Positions 27,304 to 35,450 of a stretch of 64,000 bases of DNA are shown here, one piece after another. The stretch is taken from the NCBI GenBank assembly GCA_043767845.1, contig JAYUFZ010000006.1, positions 6,726 through 70,725 on the forward strand. Direction: 5' to 3'. A model generated the notes under the pieces. The model was not told where the DNA came from. It saw nothing but the letters and a program-made list of their open reading frames with translations, and did not search any database. Every line of letters begins with the position of its first letter. The first letter of the stretch is position 1. The stretch is from a bacterium (GTDB taxonomy: Bacteria > Patescibacteriota > Saccharimonadia > UBA4664 > JBBRNT01). The position numbers and the translations under genes were made by a program.

Positions 27304-28449
27304 TTAGGGGAGCTTGAATACATCGCGTACCCGGTGCAGGCTAAAGATCGTCGCCGCTGTATGAATGGTGCCGGGTAGCGTCGATACGGCCGTAGCAAAT
27401 CCGGCCTCTCGGACCAACGCTTCAGTTGCGGCATTATAGCTACCGTAGGGATAGGCAAAGTGGCGCACTGGGTGGCCGAGTTGAGCCTCGAGCTGCGCTT
27501 TGCCCTCAAATACTTGAAAGCGCTGCATTGCTGGGGGCTGGGCGGGGAGATTGAGATGGTCGATGGTGTGGGCGGCGATAGTAATGAGTCCACTTTTGTC
27601 GAGCTCGCGCACTTGGTCCCAGGTTAAGTAGGCATCGCCACAGCCAATTGCTTGGCTGTAGTTACGTCCGGCCCCAATACAATAATTGCTAGCCGCTCCG
27701 CCTACAATAATGTAGTAGGTAGCTTTCATATTGTACTTTTTGAGCAGCCGGAAAGCTTCCATCTGGTTACCGAAGCCATCATCAAAGGTAATGACCACCG
27801 GCTTAGCTGGGAGGGCGACATCGTGTGAGTACATAGCCTGAGCGAGCATATCCAGGTCGATAGTGGTGTAGCCCTTTTGGATGAGGTCTTGGAGTTGGGC
27901 CTCGAAGTTGGCAGGAGTGTAATGGTAGATGAGGATAGGCGCTGTCAGGCTGAAGCCGTAGAGCGGTTCGACGGCAGGCGGGTTGGCGAGGCGCTCCTTA
28001 GACAAACGGGCAAGCTCGGCGCGCAAGGTATTGATTTCCGCTTGAAGGCTATTAATATCGGTCCGTGTCGACTTCAGCTCGCCGGCCTGCAGCTCAAACT
28101 GTATTTTGATGAGTTCCTGCTGCAGGCTTGAGGCGTCGACCACCCGCGTGCCGTAGCTGGTTTGCGTATCCTCGAGCTCTTTTATCTCGTTGCTCAGGCC
28201 TGCGACATCGCGCCGTAGGCCTTGGCGCACGATGCCGCTTGAATTGTCCTGCTGAACTCGTGGGGCAGTAGCAAGGTGGCTAATCTCGAAGTATAGCCCG
28301 CTGATGCAGATAATAAGTATACCGGCCACGAATGAGAACTTACTCCATAGCAGGCGGTGCTGGGCCCGGAAGTTGGCAAACTGAACCCGTAGCTGCCTTT
28401 TGGCGGCGGCCTCGAGCTGGGTCGTGGGGCGGTTTTTCTGTAATGCCAT
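27304..28449 (-). CDS. polysaccharide deacetylase (NodB homology) with N-terminal TM and coiled coil
   Basis: C-terminal domain with TFDDG and HTIDH motifs. Start placed at ATG 28449 (MALQKNRP...). The longer ORF start at 28545 would sit 9 nt from the tRNA. Confidence 0.75.
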   Translation of the reverse strand: MALQKNRPTTQLEAAAKRQLRVQFANFRAQHRLLWSKFSFVAGILIICISGLYFEISHLATAPRVQQDNSSGIVRQGLRRDVAGLSNEIKELEDTQTSYGTRVVDASSLQQELIKIQFELQAGELKSTRTDINSLQAEINTLRAELARLSKERLANPPAVEPLYGFSLTAPILIYHYTPANFEAQLQDLIQKGYTTIDLDMLAQAMYSHDVALPAKPVVITFDDGFGNQMEAFRLLKKYNMKATYYIIVGGAASNYCIGAGRNYSQAIGCGDAYLTWDQVRELDKSGLITIAAHTIDHLNLPAQPPAMQRFQVFEGKAQLEAQLGHPVRHFAYPYGSYNAATEALVREAGFATAVSTLPGTIHTAATIFSLHRVRDVFKLP

Positions 28450-28553
28450 TGTTCTCAGTTTACCTGCTGGAGCATGATACTCCAAGCCGGCAGGCATTCT
28501 GGTCTTGAGCAAAACGGCCTCCGGTGGTATGATATGCGGGTTCAAATCCAGTC

Positions 28554-28628
28554 GGTCCCATCGTCTAGGGGTTAGGACACCAGGTTTTCATCCTGGCAAC
28601 GCGGGTCCGAATCCCGCTGGGATCACCA
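28554..28628 (+). tRNA. tRNA-Glu (anticodon UUC)
   Basis: GGTCCCA acceptor, D-arm TCGTCTAGGGGTTAGGAC, anticodon loop TTTTCAT (UUC), T-arm GCGGGTCCGAATCCCGC, 3' TGGGATC-A-CCA encoded. Confidence 0.85.
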
Positions 28629-28665
28629 AAGAAATGACTCAGAGTTAGCTCTGAGTCATTTCTTT
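28629..28665. terminator. perfect 17-bp hairpin terminator directly after the tRNA
   Basis: AAAGAAATGACTCAGAG-ttagc-TCTGAGTCATTTCTTT. Confidence 0.65.
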
Positions 28666-28680
28666 GTATAGTACGAGTAC

Positions 28681-28856
28681 GGGATTCGGACCCGCGTTGG
28701 CGGGGACGGCAAAGAAGGGTAAAACCCGCTATCCCGCTGGGATCACCATACAAAAGCGCCTCACTTATGTGGGGTGTTTTTGTATGGTGTGGCTCACCGA
28801 GCCTCGGACCCGTAGGGCGCTTGCGCCCGAAGAAGGCGTAGCCGCTATCCCGCTGG
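28681..28856. repeat. tRNA-Glu-derived fragments: inverted T-arm copy, 18-bp direct repeat of the tRNA 3' end, and a third partial repeat
   Basis: 28681-28696 GGGATTCGGACCCGCG is the reverse complement of tRNA positions 28600-28615. 28731-28748 ATCCCGCTGGGATCACCA is identical to the tRNA 3' end at 28611-28628. 28842-28856 CCGCTATCCCGCTGG repeats 28726-28740. A hairpin lies between them (28745-28788, 11-bp arms). Confidence 0.6.
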
Positions 28857-29008
28857 TATTCGCAAGCGATTGGGCTGCTGGGCGATCATCCCAAGCGCCC
28901 CACAGACAATTTACTTATCTAGCTTAACCATTGTGAAATACGTTACAGCCTAACCATCTTTGCTCCTTTAAACTACTGAAGTGCGCTCAAGTAACGAGGA
29001 GGAATAGT

Positions 29009-30103
29009 ATGCATAAATTATTAAAGTACAGTGTGATTGCGGTGGCGTTGGTCAGTCTGGGGTCAGCAGGCTCAGCCCTTGCAGATAGCAATGGTAGTCA
29101 ATATGGCAATGGCCAAAACTGGTCAAGCTCATGGAACAATACCGGCTACAGTGGATCAATGAACACCACAAACCAATCAGCTGGAAGTGGCAATGCCAAC
29201 TCTAGCACTGGCTGGAACAGCTGGAACCCAACAGCTTGGCAGCAAAACGGCCAAGGCTTTGGCAACTGGTGGAATGGCTTGCTCGGCCAGATGAATCAAA
29301 ACATTGGATCATGGCACAACACCGGCAATAACACTAGCTGGTGCCCGAGTGGCGACAATTGGCAAAACAATTGGTCGAATTGGGATCCACAGATGTGGCA
29401 GCAGAACGGTTCATCGTGGGCAAACTGGTACGGCCAAATGCTCGGCCACATGACCAGTAACTACAACGGTTGGCAAAACGGCTGGAATGCTGGAAATAAC
29501 AATACAGGTAATGCCTGGAACAACGGCAACAGCGGTACCGGAGTACAAGTCTGGGGCGGTAGCGGCGCAGGTGTACAAAGTGGCAATGGCCAAGCAGGTA
29601 CCAATGCCACAATCGGCACAACTGGCCCAGGTTCCTACAATGTGATCGATACTAATCGAAACAATAGCCAATACATTGAAAACAGCAATACGGTCGCAGT
29701 CAATAATCGCAGCACCCAGGACGCCATGAGCGGCAGCGCCAACGTCAGCGGCAATACTATTGGCGGCAATGCCTCTACTGGCTCTGCCGGTAACAACAAC
29801 ACGACGGCTACCCAAGTGGCTGTCTCAAACCCGACGATGTCTGGCGGGCAAGGCACGGGGTCTAACGGTAGCGGCTACTATGCTATCGGCATAACAGGAC
29901 CAAACTCCACCAACCGTATTCAGGCGAGTGATTCGTCGAATTACTATTCGCGGACAAGCAACAATGTGCAAGTATCGAACGATAATAATCAATACGCGCA
30001 CAGCGGTAATGCCAATGTCAGCGGTAATACTATCGGTGGGAGCGCCACGAGTGGCTCAGCCTATAACAACAACTCAGCGCAAACCGGCGTACAAATCCAC
30101 TAA
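29009..30103 (+). CDS. secreted Asn/Gly/Trp/Gln-rich low-complexity repeat protein
   Basis: Signal peptide AVALVSLGSAGSALA. The first half holds W-containing short repeats (NWxxxW, WQQNG). The second half holds two long imperfect repeats (...SGSANVSGNTIGGNASTGSAGNNNT... and ...SGNANVSGNTIGGSATSGSAYNNNS...). Confidence 0.75.
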   Translation: MHKLLKYSVIAVALVSLGSAGSALADSNGSQYGNGQNWSSSWNNTGYSGSMNTTNQSAGSGNANSSTGWNSWNPTAWQQNGQGFGNWWNGLLGQMNQNIGSWHNTGNNTSWCPSGDNWQNNWSNWDPQMWQQNGSSWANWYGQMLGHMTSNYNGWQNGWNAGNNNTGNAWNNGNSGTGVQVWGGSGAGVQSGNGQAGTNATIGTTGPGSYNVIDTNRNNSQYIENSNTVAVNNRSTQDAMSGSANVSGNTIGGNASTGSAGNNNTTATQVAVSNPTMSGGQGTGSNGSGYYAIGITGPNSTNRIQASDSSNYYSRTSNNVQVSNDNNQYAHSGNANVSGNTIGGSATSGSAYNNNSAQTGVQIH

Positions 30104-30263
30104 TAATAGTGATGTAGCCTAAGTTGGCCCGATAGTTGAGGAGAAGCACCTTCTTATGAGGGTGCTTCTCTCGTTTGGCGACTATAGGATAAAGCTAATA
30201 TAACTTGCAGGCAGCGCACTGTTGTAAAGCTTGAGGAAGTAGCCTATCATAAGCGCAATAGCC

Positions 30264-31484
30264 ATGGCGAAAACAAAAGGTCACATCCATAAAGCCCATA
30301 TCGTACTCGACTACCTCGTTCTGAAGTCGGGGATAGCGCTGATGAGCTTTTTGGCGGCTTATCTCTTCCTGGCATCCTCGCCGATCCCTAAGCTTTTTGC
30401 GGCTAGCACGCCGACCATCGCTGTGCCGAGCTACTTTTACCCAGGCCCACTTTGGACGCAAATGAGCAGTGCTGGTTCAAAGGTCGGAATCGCCATTATC
30501 AACCCTAGCAGTGGCCCGGGGGGTTCGGCCGACCCGAATTATGTCGCTGCCATTAACGCTGCCCGAGCTAGGGGTATCAAGGTGCTCGGCTACGTCTCGA
30601 CTGGCTATGGAGCTAAGGGCTCTGTCTTAAGCGACATTAGCACCTACTACTCACAATATACGCTTGATGGCATATTCCTCGATGAAGGTCCGACCGACTG
30701 CGGGTTGGTCAGCCAGTACCGGGGCTATGTCGCTGCGATCCGCGCCAAGGGCGGGATAAGCGTTATCAATCCTGGTACCATGCCTCAATCGTGCTGGGGT
30801 GATGTTGGCGATACACTGATGGTTTATGAGGGCAATGCTTCATCGTACTTAGCCTTCACGCCACCGGCCTGGACCAAAAACTATCCACCGACCAAGTTCT
30901 GGCACGCTGTTTACGAAGCGTCGGCTAGCCAGCTAGCTGCTATCATGAAGCACGCATCCGATATTGACGCTGGCTACATTTATGTGACGGACGATAACAA
31001 TACGCCAGCTGCAGGCGAAACCTATGGCAACCCATACGACACACTACCGAGTTACTGGTCAGACGAAGTTGGTAGTGCAGCCACAGCGCCCACGAACCCC
31101 TCAAACCCGACCAACCCTAGCAACCCAACGAACCCAGCGCCCGTCGTACCCGATATAGTAACAAAACCAGCCGACGGTAAGAAATTCACCTGTGACGCGA
31201 CAAGTATCTCGACCCCTGGCTTGCTGGACCTACTCAAGGCTGCCGGCTGTGAGGGCAGCGATAGGAACCCGATATTTTCGCTGCTGCAAGCCGTCATTAA
31301 CTGGCTGACTGGTATTCTGGGCGGCCTGGCCGTGCTGGCTATTATTGTGGCTGGTATCCAATATATTACCTCCCAGGGCTCACCCGACGCGCTCAGGCAG
31401 GCTAAATCACGGATTACCGCGGCGGTTGTCGGTTTGATTATACTGAGTATTATGTTCTTCCTGCTCAAGCTGATCGGCATCTAA
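30264..31484 (+). CDS. spherulin-4-like (GH-like) extracytoplasmic domain fused through a PT-repeat linker to a C-terminal two-helix pilin/VirB2-like membrane hairpin
   Basis: N-terminal TM/signal, a domain with the YFYPG...W pattern of the spherulation-specific family 4, a (P-[TS]-N)x5 linker (encoded by a 15-bp tandem DNA repeat near 31093-31137), then AVINWLTGILGGLAVLAIIVAGIQYITSQGSPDALRQAKSRITAAVVGLIILSIMFFLLKLIGI. Confidence 0.7.
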   Translation: MAKTKGHIHKAHIVLDYLVLKSGIALMSFLAAYLFLASSPIPKLFAASTPTIAVPSYFYPGPLWTQMSSAGSKVGIAIINPSSGPGGSADPNYVAAINAARARGIKVLGYVSTGYGAKGSVLSDISTYYSQYTLDGIFLDEGPTDCGLVSQYRGYVAAIRAKGGISVINPGTMPQSCWGDVGDTLMVYEGNASSYLAFTPPAWTKNYPPTKFWHAVYEASASQLAAIMKHASDIDAGYIYVTDDNNTPAAGETYGNPYDTLPSYWSDEVGSAATAPTNPSNPTNPSNPTNPAPVVPDIVTKPADGKKFTCDATSISTPGLLDLLKAAGCEGSDRNPIFSLLQAVINWLTGILGGLAVLAIIVAGIQYITSQGSPDALRQAKSRITAAVVGLIILSIMFFLLKLIGI

Positions 31485-31486
31485 TA

Positions 31487-31514
31487 TTGACAGAATCCAG
31501 AAAAAGTAGATAAT
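31487..31514 (+). promoter_or_regulatory. sigma70-like promoter (TTGACA, 16-17 bp spacer, ATAATA)
   Basis: -35 TTGACA at 31487-31492. -10 (G)ATAAT(A) around 31508-31514. Predicted TSS about 31521-31524. Confidence 0.4.
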
Positions 31515-31521
31515 ACCTAGA

Positions 31522-31796
31522 GGCGCAGTAACGGCCTGGTGTCCCAGTCCCGCCCATGGTGGGGCTGCAATCAGGGTTCGATCCCCTGACCTAGCTGGCA
31601 AACGGTGATTTTGTGAAGTGCAAACGAGTGACTATGTCAACGTCGGGCACCGCTCCAGAGTCACGAGGCATAGCCCGACCCGCAACCGCGTGGTTTGTTT
31701 ACTAAGTTTTGCGCTAGGGAAGGTATTAGCTATTTGCACACCTTCCCGACCCGGTATTATGCCTAATAAAAAGCCCCAAAATCATGAGGGCTTTTT
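31522..31796 (+). ncRNA. unclassified structured small RNA, about 275 nt, between a promoter and an intrinsic terminator
   Basis: No ORF. It contains a canonical tRNA T-arm hairpin CAGGG-UUCGAUC-CCCUG (31571-31587) immediately preceded by GGGGCUG (31560-31566), a tmRNA-like 5' signature. I could not find a matching 3' acceptor/CCA domain, and the tag frame is unconvincing. Confidence 0.35.
31769..31796 (+). terminator. intrinsic terminator
   Basis: AAAAGCCC-caaaatcatga-GGGCTTTT followed by TTAT. Confidence 0.6.
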
Positions 31797-31905
31797 ATGT
31801 TCGGAAAGCAGTTTCCAGGTATTTGGGGGTTTATATCATAAGCATTTTCGGCTATACTATAAACCGAAATTATTATGCGCTATCAAACACAAATGAGGAT
31901 TACCA

Positions 31906-33318
31906 TTGCTCGCTTCCATATTCAAACGCACTAAGATTGTAGCCACCGTTGGGCCGGCGACCAGTTCTCCCGAGAAGTTGCACGCTATCATTGCAGCTGG
32001 GGTAAATGGTATCCGGCTGAATTTGTCCCATGGGACCCATGCCGAGCACTTGCAAGTCATCGAACATGTCCGGGCCATTAGCAAAAAGCTAGCCAAGCCG
32101 ATAGCCATAATCGCTGACCTCCAGGGACCAAAAATCCGCGTCGGTAAATTGCCAGCCGATGGCGTGCCGTTGATCCGCGGCCACCTGGTGAAGTTCGGCT
32201 ACAAAGCCGACTTCGAGTCGACGGCCATCATTCCTATCCAGCATGACTTTTCCGGAAATGTGGCTGGTGGCCAGACTATGTACCTCAACGATGGGCTGTA
32301 CGCCGTCGAGATCATTGAAGTTGTCGAAGGGGTGGTGATGGGTAAGGTCCAGGTGCCAGGCATTCTTACCTCGAACAAGGGCATAAACCTGCCAGATGCC
32401 GTTTTTGATGGTGATATTTTGACCAAAAAAGACATTACCGATATCGAGTTCGCTGCCGTGAACGATGTCGACTATATCGCATTATCATTCGTCCAGACCG
32501 CCAAGGATATTACCAGTCTCAAGGCCCGCTTAAAACGCCTCGGTTCCGACGCCGCCGTGATCGCCAAGATTGAAACCAAGGCCGCCGTAGCCGATCTGGA
32601 AGCAATCGTCCAGGCCAGTGATGCCGTGATGGTGGCTCGTGGTGATCTGGCTATCGAAGTGACCAATGAAGCGGTGCCGATCATCCAGCGACAGATTATC
32701 GACCTAGGCCGCCTGTACCGCAAAAATGTCATCGTGGCTACTCAAATGCTTGAATCAATGATTAGCTCCCCGCAGCCGACCCGGGCCGAGGTTAGTGACG
32801 TGGCTAATGCTGTCATGTACGGTGCCGACGCCGTAATGCTCTCCGGCGAAACGGCTATGGGCCAGTTCCCAGTCGAGACCATCGCCATGATGAAGCGGGT
32901 TATCTGCTACACCGAAGAATCCACCCTGCGCTGGCACTACGACTATAACTTCAAGATCGAACAACCCAAAAAGTATGCCGTTCCTGCCGCAGCCGTCTTG
33001 CTGGCCCGCCAGACTGACGCTTCCGTCATTATTGCCGAAACCAGCTCGGGCGCGACTGCTCGTAATATCTCCAGCTTCCGGCCGGCCGTGCCGATCATTA
33101 TGGCCACCCACAACAGACGGGTTTATAACCAACTGGCCATTGTCTGGGGTGGCAAGTCTTACTATTTCCCTAAACCGCATGGCGCCGCCGGTATTGTTAT
33201 TGAGCAGCTCAAAGTCGCCGGTAATGTGAAGCGCAAAGACGCTGTGGTGCTGGCCTACGGCCATACCCCCGGTGTATCCGGTGGTACCGATACAATCCAG
33301 CTCAAAATCGTCGAGTAA
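31906..33318 (+). CDS. pyk: pyruvate kinase
   Basis: TTG start with a TGAGGA RBS 7 nt upstream. N-terminal RTKIVATVGP and further pyruvate kinase core motifs (MVARGDLAIE, ATQMLESM). 470 aa. Confidence 0.9.
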   Translation: MLASIFKRTKIVATVGPATSSPEKLHAIIAAGVNGIRLNLSHGTHAEHLQVIEHVRAISKKLAKPIAIIADLQGPKIRVGKLPADGVPLIRGHLVKFGYKADFESTAIIPIQHDFSGNVAGGQTMYLNDGLYAVEIIEVVEGVVMGKVQVPGILTSNKGINLPDAVFDGDILTKKDITDIEFAAVNDVDYIALSFVQTAKDITSLKARLKRLGSDAAVIAKIETKAAVADLEAIVQASDAVMVARGDLAIEVTNEAVPIIQRQIIDLGRLYRKNVIVATQMLESMISSPQPTRAEVSDVANAVMYGADAVMLSGETAMGQFPVETIAMMKRVICYTEESTLRWHYDYNFKIEQPKKYAVPAAAVLLARQTDASVIIAETSSGATARNISSFRPAVPIIMATHNRRVYNQLAIVWGGKSYYFPKPHGAAGIVIEQLKVAGNVKRKDAVVLAYGHTPGVSGGTDTIQLKIVE

Positions 33319-33380
33319 TCCTAGCGCCCCAGCCACAGCTAAGCTACACTACATGTAATTACAAGTCTCTAGGAGGGTTA

Positions 33381-34562
33381 GTGGACAAGAAAACTATTCG
33401 TGATATTGATGTGGCCAGTAAGCGGATTGTACTGCGGGTCGACTATAACGTCCCGGTCGAGGATGGGGTAGTGACTGACTCGCTGCGAATTGCCGCCGGT
33501 AAACCGACCATTGATTACTTACTGGAGCAGGGTTGTTCATTGGTCCTAATAAGCCACCTCGGTGAACCCAAGAATGGCCCTGAGTCGCAGTTTAGCCTGG
33601 AGCCAGTAGGCGTAAAAGCCAGCGAAGTGCTTGGAAAAGCTGTCACCTTCGTCTCCGACTGTATTGGTGCGGAAACGGCCAAGATTGTTGCTGACATGAA
33701 ACCGGGTGACATCGTTCTGCTGGAGAATTTACGCTTCCATCCCGAAGAATCGGCCAACGACGAGGCTTTCGCAAAAACTCTGGCTAGCTATGGAGAAGTT
33801 TATGTTGACGACGCCTTTGCCGTTATCCACCGAGCGCACGCCTCGCTTGTGGGTATTACGGCCTTTTTGCCGAGCGTTGCTGGGTTTTTGGTCGAAAAAG
33901 AGGTTAATTCAATCAGTAAGGCTATAGATAACCCGACCCGACCGCTGGTCGCCGTCATTGGTGGAGCTAAGATTAATAGTAAGATCGAAGTACTCAAGAA
34001 CCTTATCCCTCGGGTAAACGCTTTATTTATCGGTGGTGCCATGGCCAATACCTTTCTGGCCGCCAAAGGACTAGCCGTTGGCAAAAGCCTGTACGAACCT
34101 GATCAGATTGAAGTAGCCAAAGACATTATTGGCCAAGCTAGTTTGGCCGGGATTGGGCTTTTCTTGCCACTCGATGTGGTAGTGACCGATAATCTCGAGA
34201 TGGCGACCGGGGTGCGCACGGTGGGTGTCAGCGAGGTAGGGGAGGGCGATATTATTGCTGACCTTGGGCCCGACTCGGTAAACCAACTCGATGAACTACT
34301 CGCCCAGAAGGGGACGGTTATTTGGAATGGGCCACTGGGCATTACTGAGACTGCCGCTTTTGCCGCCGGCTCCAAGCTACTGGCTGATAAAATTATTGCC
34401 TCAGGTGTTACCAGTATTATTGGCGGTGGCGATACGGCCGGCTATGTTGATGGTGCTGGGCTTCACGACGAATTCACGCTGGTCTCGACTGGTGGCGGCG
34501 CCTCACTGGAATTGATGAGCGGTAAGAAGCTGCCTGGTGTCGAAGCTTTGTTAGATGCCTAA
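33381..34562 (+). CDS. pgk: phosphoglycerate kinase
   Basis: GTG start with an AGGAGGG RBS. RVDYNVP, ISHLGEP and GGGAS/GGGD motifs. 393 aa. Confidence 0.9.
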   Translation: MDKKTIRDIDVASKRIVLRVDYNVPVEDGVVTDSLRIAAGKPTIDYLLEQGCSLVLISHLGEPKNGPESQFSLEPVGVKASEVLGKAVTFVSDCIGAETAKIVADMKPGDIVLLENLRFHPEESANDEAFAKTLASYGEVYVDDAFAVIHRAHASLVGITAFLPSVAGFLVEKEVNSISKAIDNPTRPLVAVIGGAKINSKIEVLKNLIPRVNALFIGGAMANTFLAAKGLAVGKSLYEPDQIEVAKDIIGQASLAGIGLFLPLDVVVTDNLEMATGVRTVGVSEVGEGDIIADLGPDSVNQLDELLAQKGTVIWNGPLGITETAAFAAGSKLLADKIIASGVTSIIGGGDTAGYVDGAGLHDEFTLVSTGGGASLELMSGKKLPGVEALLDA

Positions 34563-34602
34563 TCTCAAATTTCTGCCACTGCATTAATCCATCCAGACCT
34601 AC

Positions 34603-34627
34603 AACATTCTGCCACTGGCAGAATGTT
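34603..34627. promoter_or_regulatory. 25-bp near-perfect palindrome in the pgk-tpiA spacer
   Basis: AACATTCTGCCA-c-TGGCAGAATGTT. An 11-bp direct repeat TTCTGCCACTG also occurs at 34571-34581 and 34608-34618. No T-tract follows it, so it is not a classic terminator. Confidence 0.3.
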
Positions 34628-34660
34628 GCCCCAAAACCATAAGCAGTTTATGATAGTTTT

Positions 34661-35431
34661 ATGAATAAGTTAATAGTTGCCAACTGGAAGATGAACATGA
34701 CGCCCAAGGAGGCGGTGCTCTTTTTGAACCGGCTCGAGCCTTTGGTTGAGAGCAAACACCATCTGGATGTGGTCATTTGTCCACCCTATATTGATCTCTA
34801 CCCAATGTCACTGGAGATTACTAAGGACAAATTCCAGCTCGGCAGCCAGGATATCCACTACCTTGACGCCGGTCCGCACACCGGTGATATCTCTGGGCCT
34901 CTGCTGCACGGACTGGCCGATTACGCCATCATTGGCCATTCCGAGCGCCGGGCATCGCACAACGAGACCGATCAAATCGTGGCCGCCAAGGTTGCCGCCG
35001 CGGTGCGTAGTAGCATAATCCCGATTCTCTGTATTGGCGACCGCCTGATAGATCGCGAGGAGGGCCTGTCGCGCAACGTCGTAAGCAACCAGCTGGAGAC
35101 GGCTCTGAGCATGGTTACGGAAGATGAGATTAAAAATGTCGTCGTGGTCTATGAGCCAGTCTGGGCTATTAGTAAAGGCGACGGCCACGGACAATCAGCG
35201 ACACCCGACATTGTGGCGCCTATGATCAAGGCCATGCGCCAAACCCTCAATGACCTCTATCATAGTGCGGTTGGCGACCGTGTCACGATTATCTACGGAG
35301 GCAGCGTCAATCCGGACAACACCAAGGCTTACTTGGAGGTTGCTGGGCTAAACGGCCTGCTGGTCGGCGGCGCGAGCCTGAACTACCAAGAGTTTGCCAA
35401 AATTATCCAGATAGCTTCGGATCTCAGCTAA
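34661..35431 (+). CDS. tpiA: triosephosphate isomerase
   Basis: VANWKMN N-terminus, catalytic IGHSERR and YEPVWAIS/GGS motifs. 256 aa. Confidence 0.9.
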   Translation: MNKLIVANWKMNMTPKEAVLFLNRLEPLVESKHHLDVVICPPYIDLYPMSLEITKDKFQLGSQDIHYLDAGPHTGDISGPLLHGLADYAIIGHSERRASHNETDQIVAAKVAAAVRSSIIPILCIGDRLIDREEGLSRNVVSNQLETALSMVTEDEIKNVVVVYEPVWAISKGDGHGQSATPDIVAPMIKAMRQTLNDLYHSAVGDRVTIIYGGSVNPDNTKAYLEVAGLNGLLVGGASLNYQEFAKIIQIASDLS

Positions 35432-35450
35432 AAACAAAGAACTGCCCGCT

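Noticed and set aside
28545-28545. Longest-ORF start (28545) for the polysaccharide deacetylase.
   Set aside because: It would begin 9 nt from the tRNA-Glu gene and adds a non-signal-like extension. The internal ATG 28449 has an AGGT element upstream and gives a sensible N-terminus.
28664-28927. 87-aa plus-strand ORF downstream of tRNA-Glu.
   Set aside because: It lies entirely over the tRNA-derived repeats and hairpins, has no RBS and a low-complexity Ala/Arg/Gly translation. It is almost certainly non-coding.
31560-31796. Calling this locus a tmRNA (ssrA) gene outright, because of GGGGCUG + GGGUUCGA at its 5' end and a TAATAA double stop.
   Set aside because: No 3' tRNA-like domain or CAGCCCC-ACCA partner strand exists on either strand before pyk or just upstream. 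The possible tag frames give A-N-E-stop or an atypical peptide. I kept it as an unclassified ncRNA instead.
32199-34375. Numerous 70-190 aa ORFs on the minus strand across pyk and pgk (e.g. 32755..33336, 33800..34084).
   Set aside because: Antisense to highly conserved glycolytic genes. Composition is Ala/Gly/Arg-rich.
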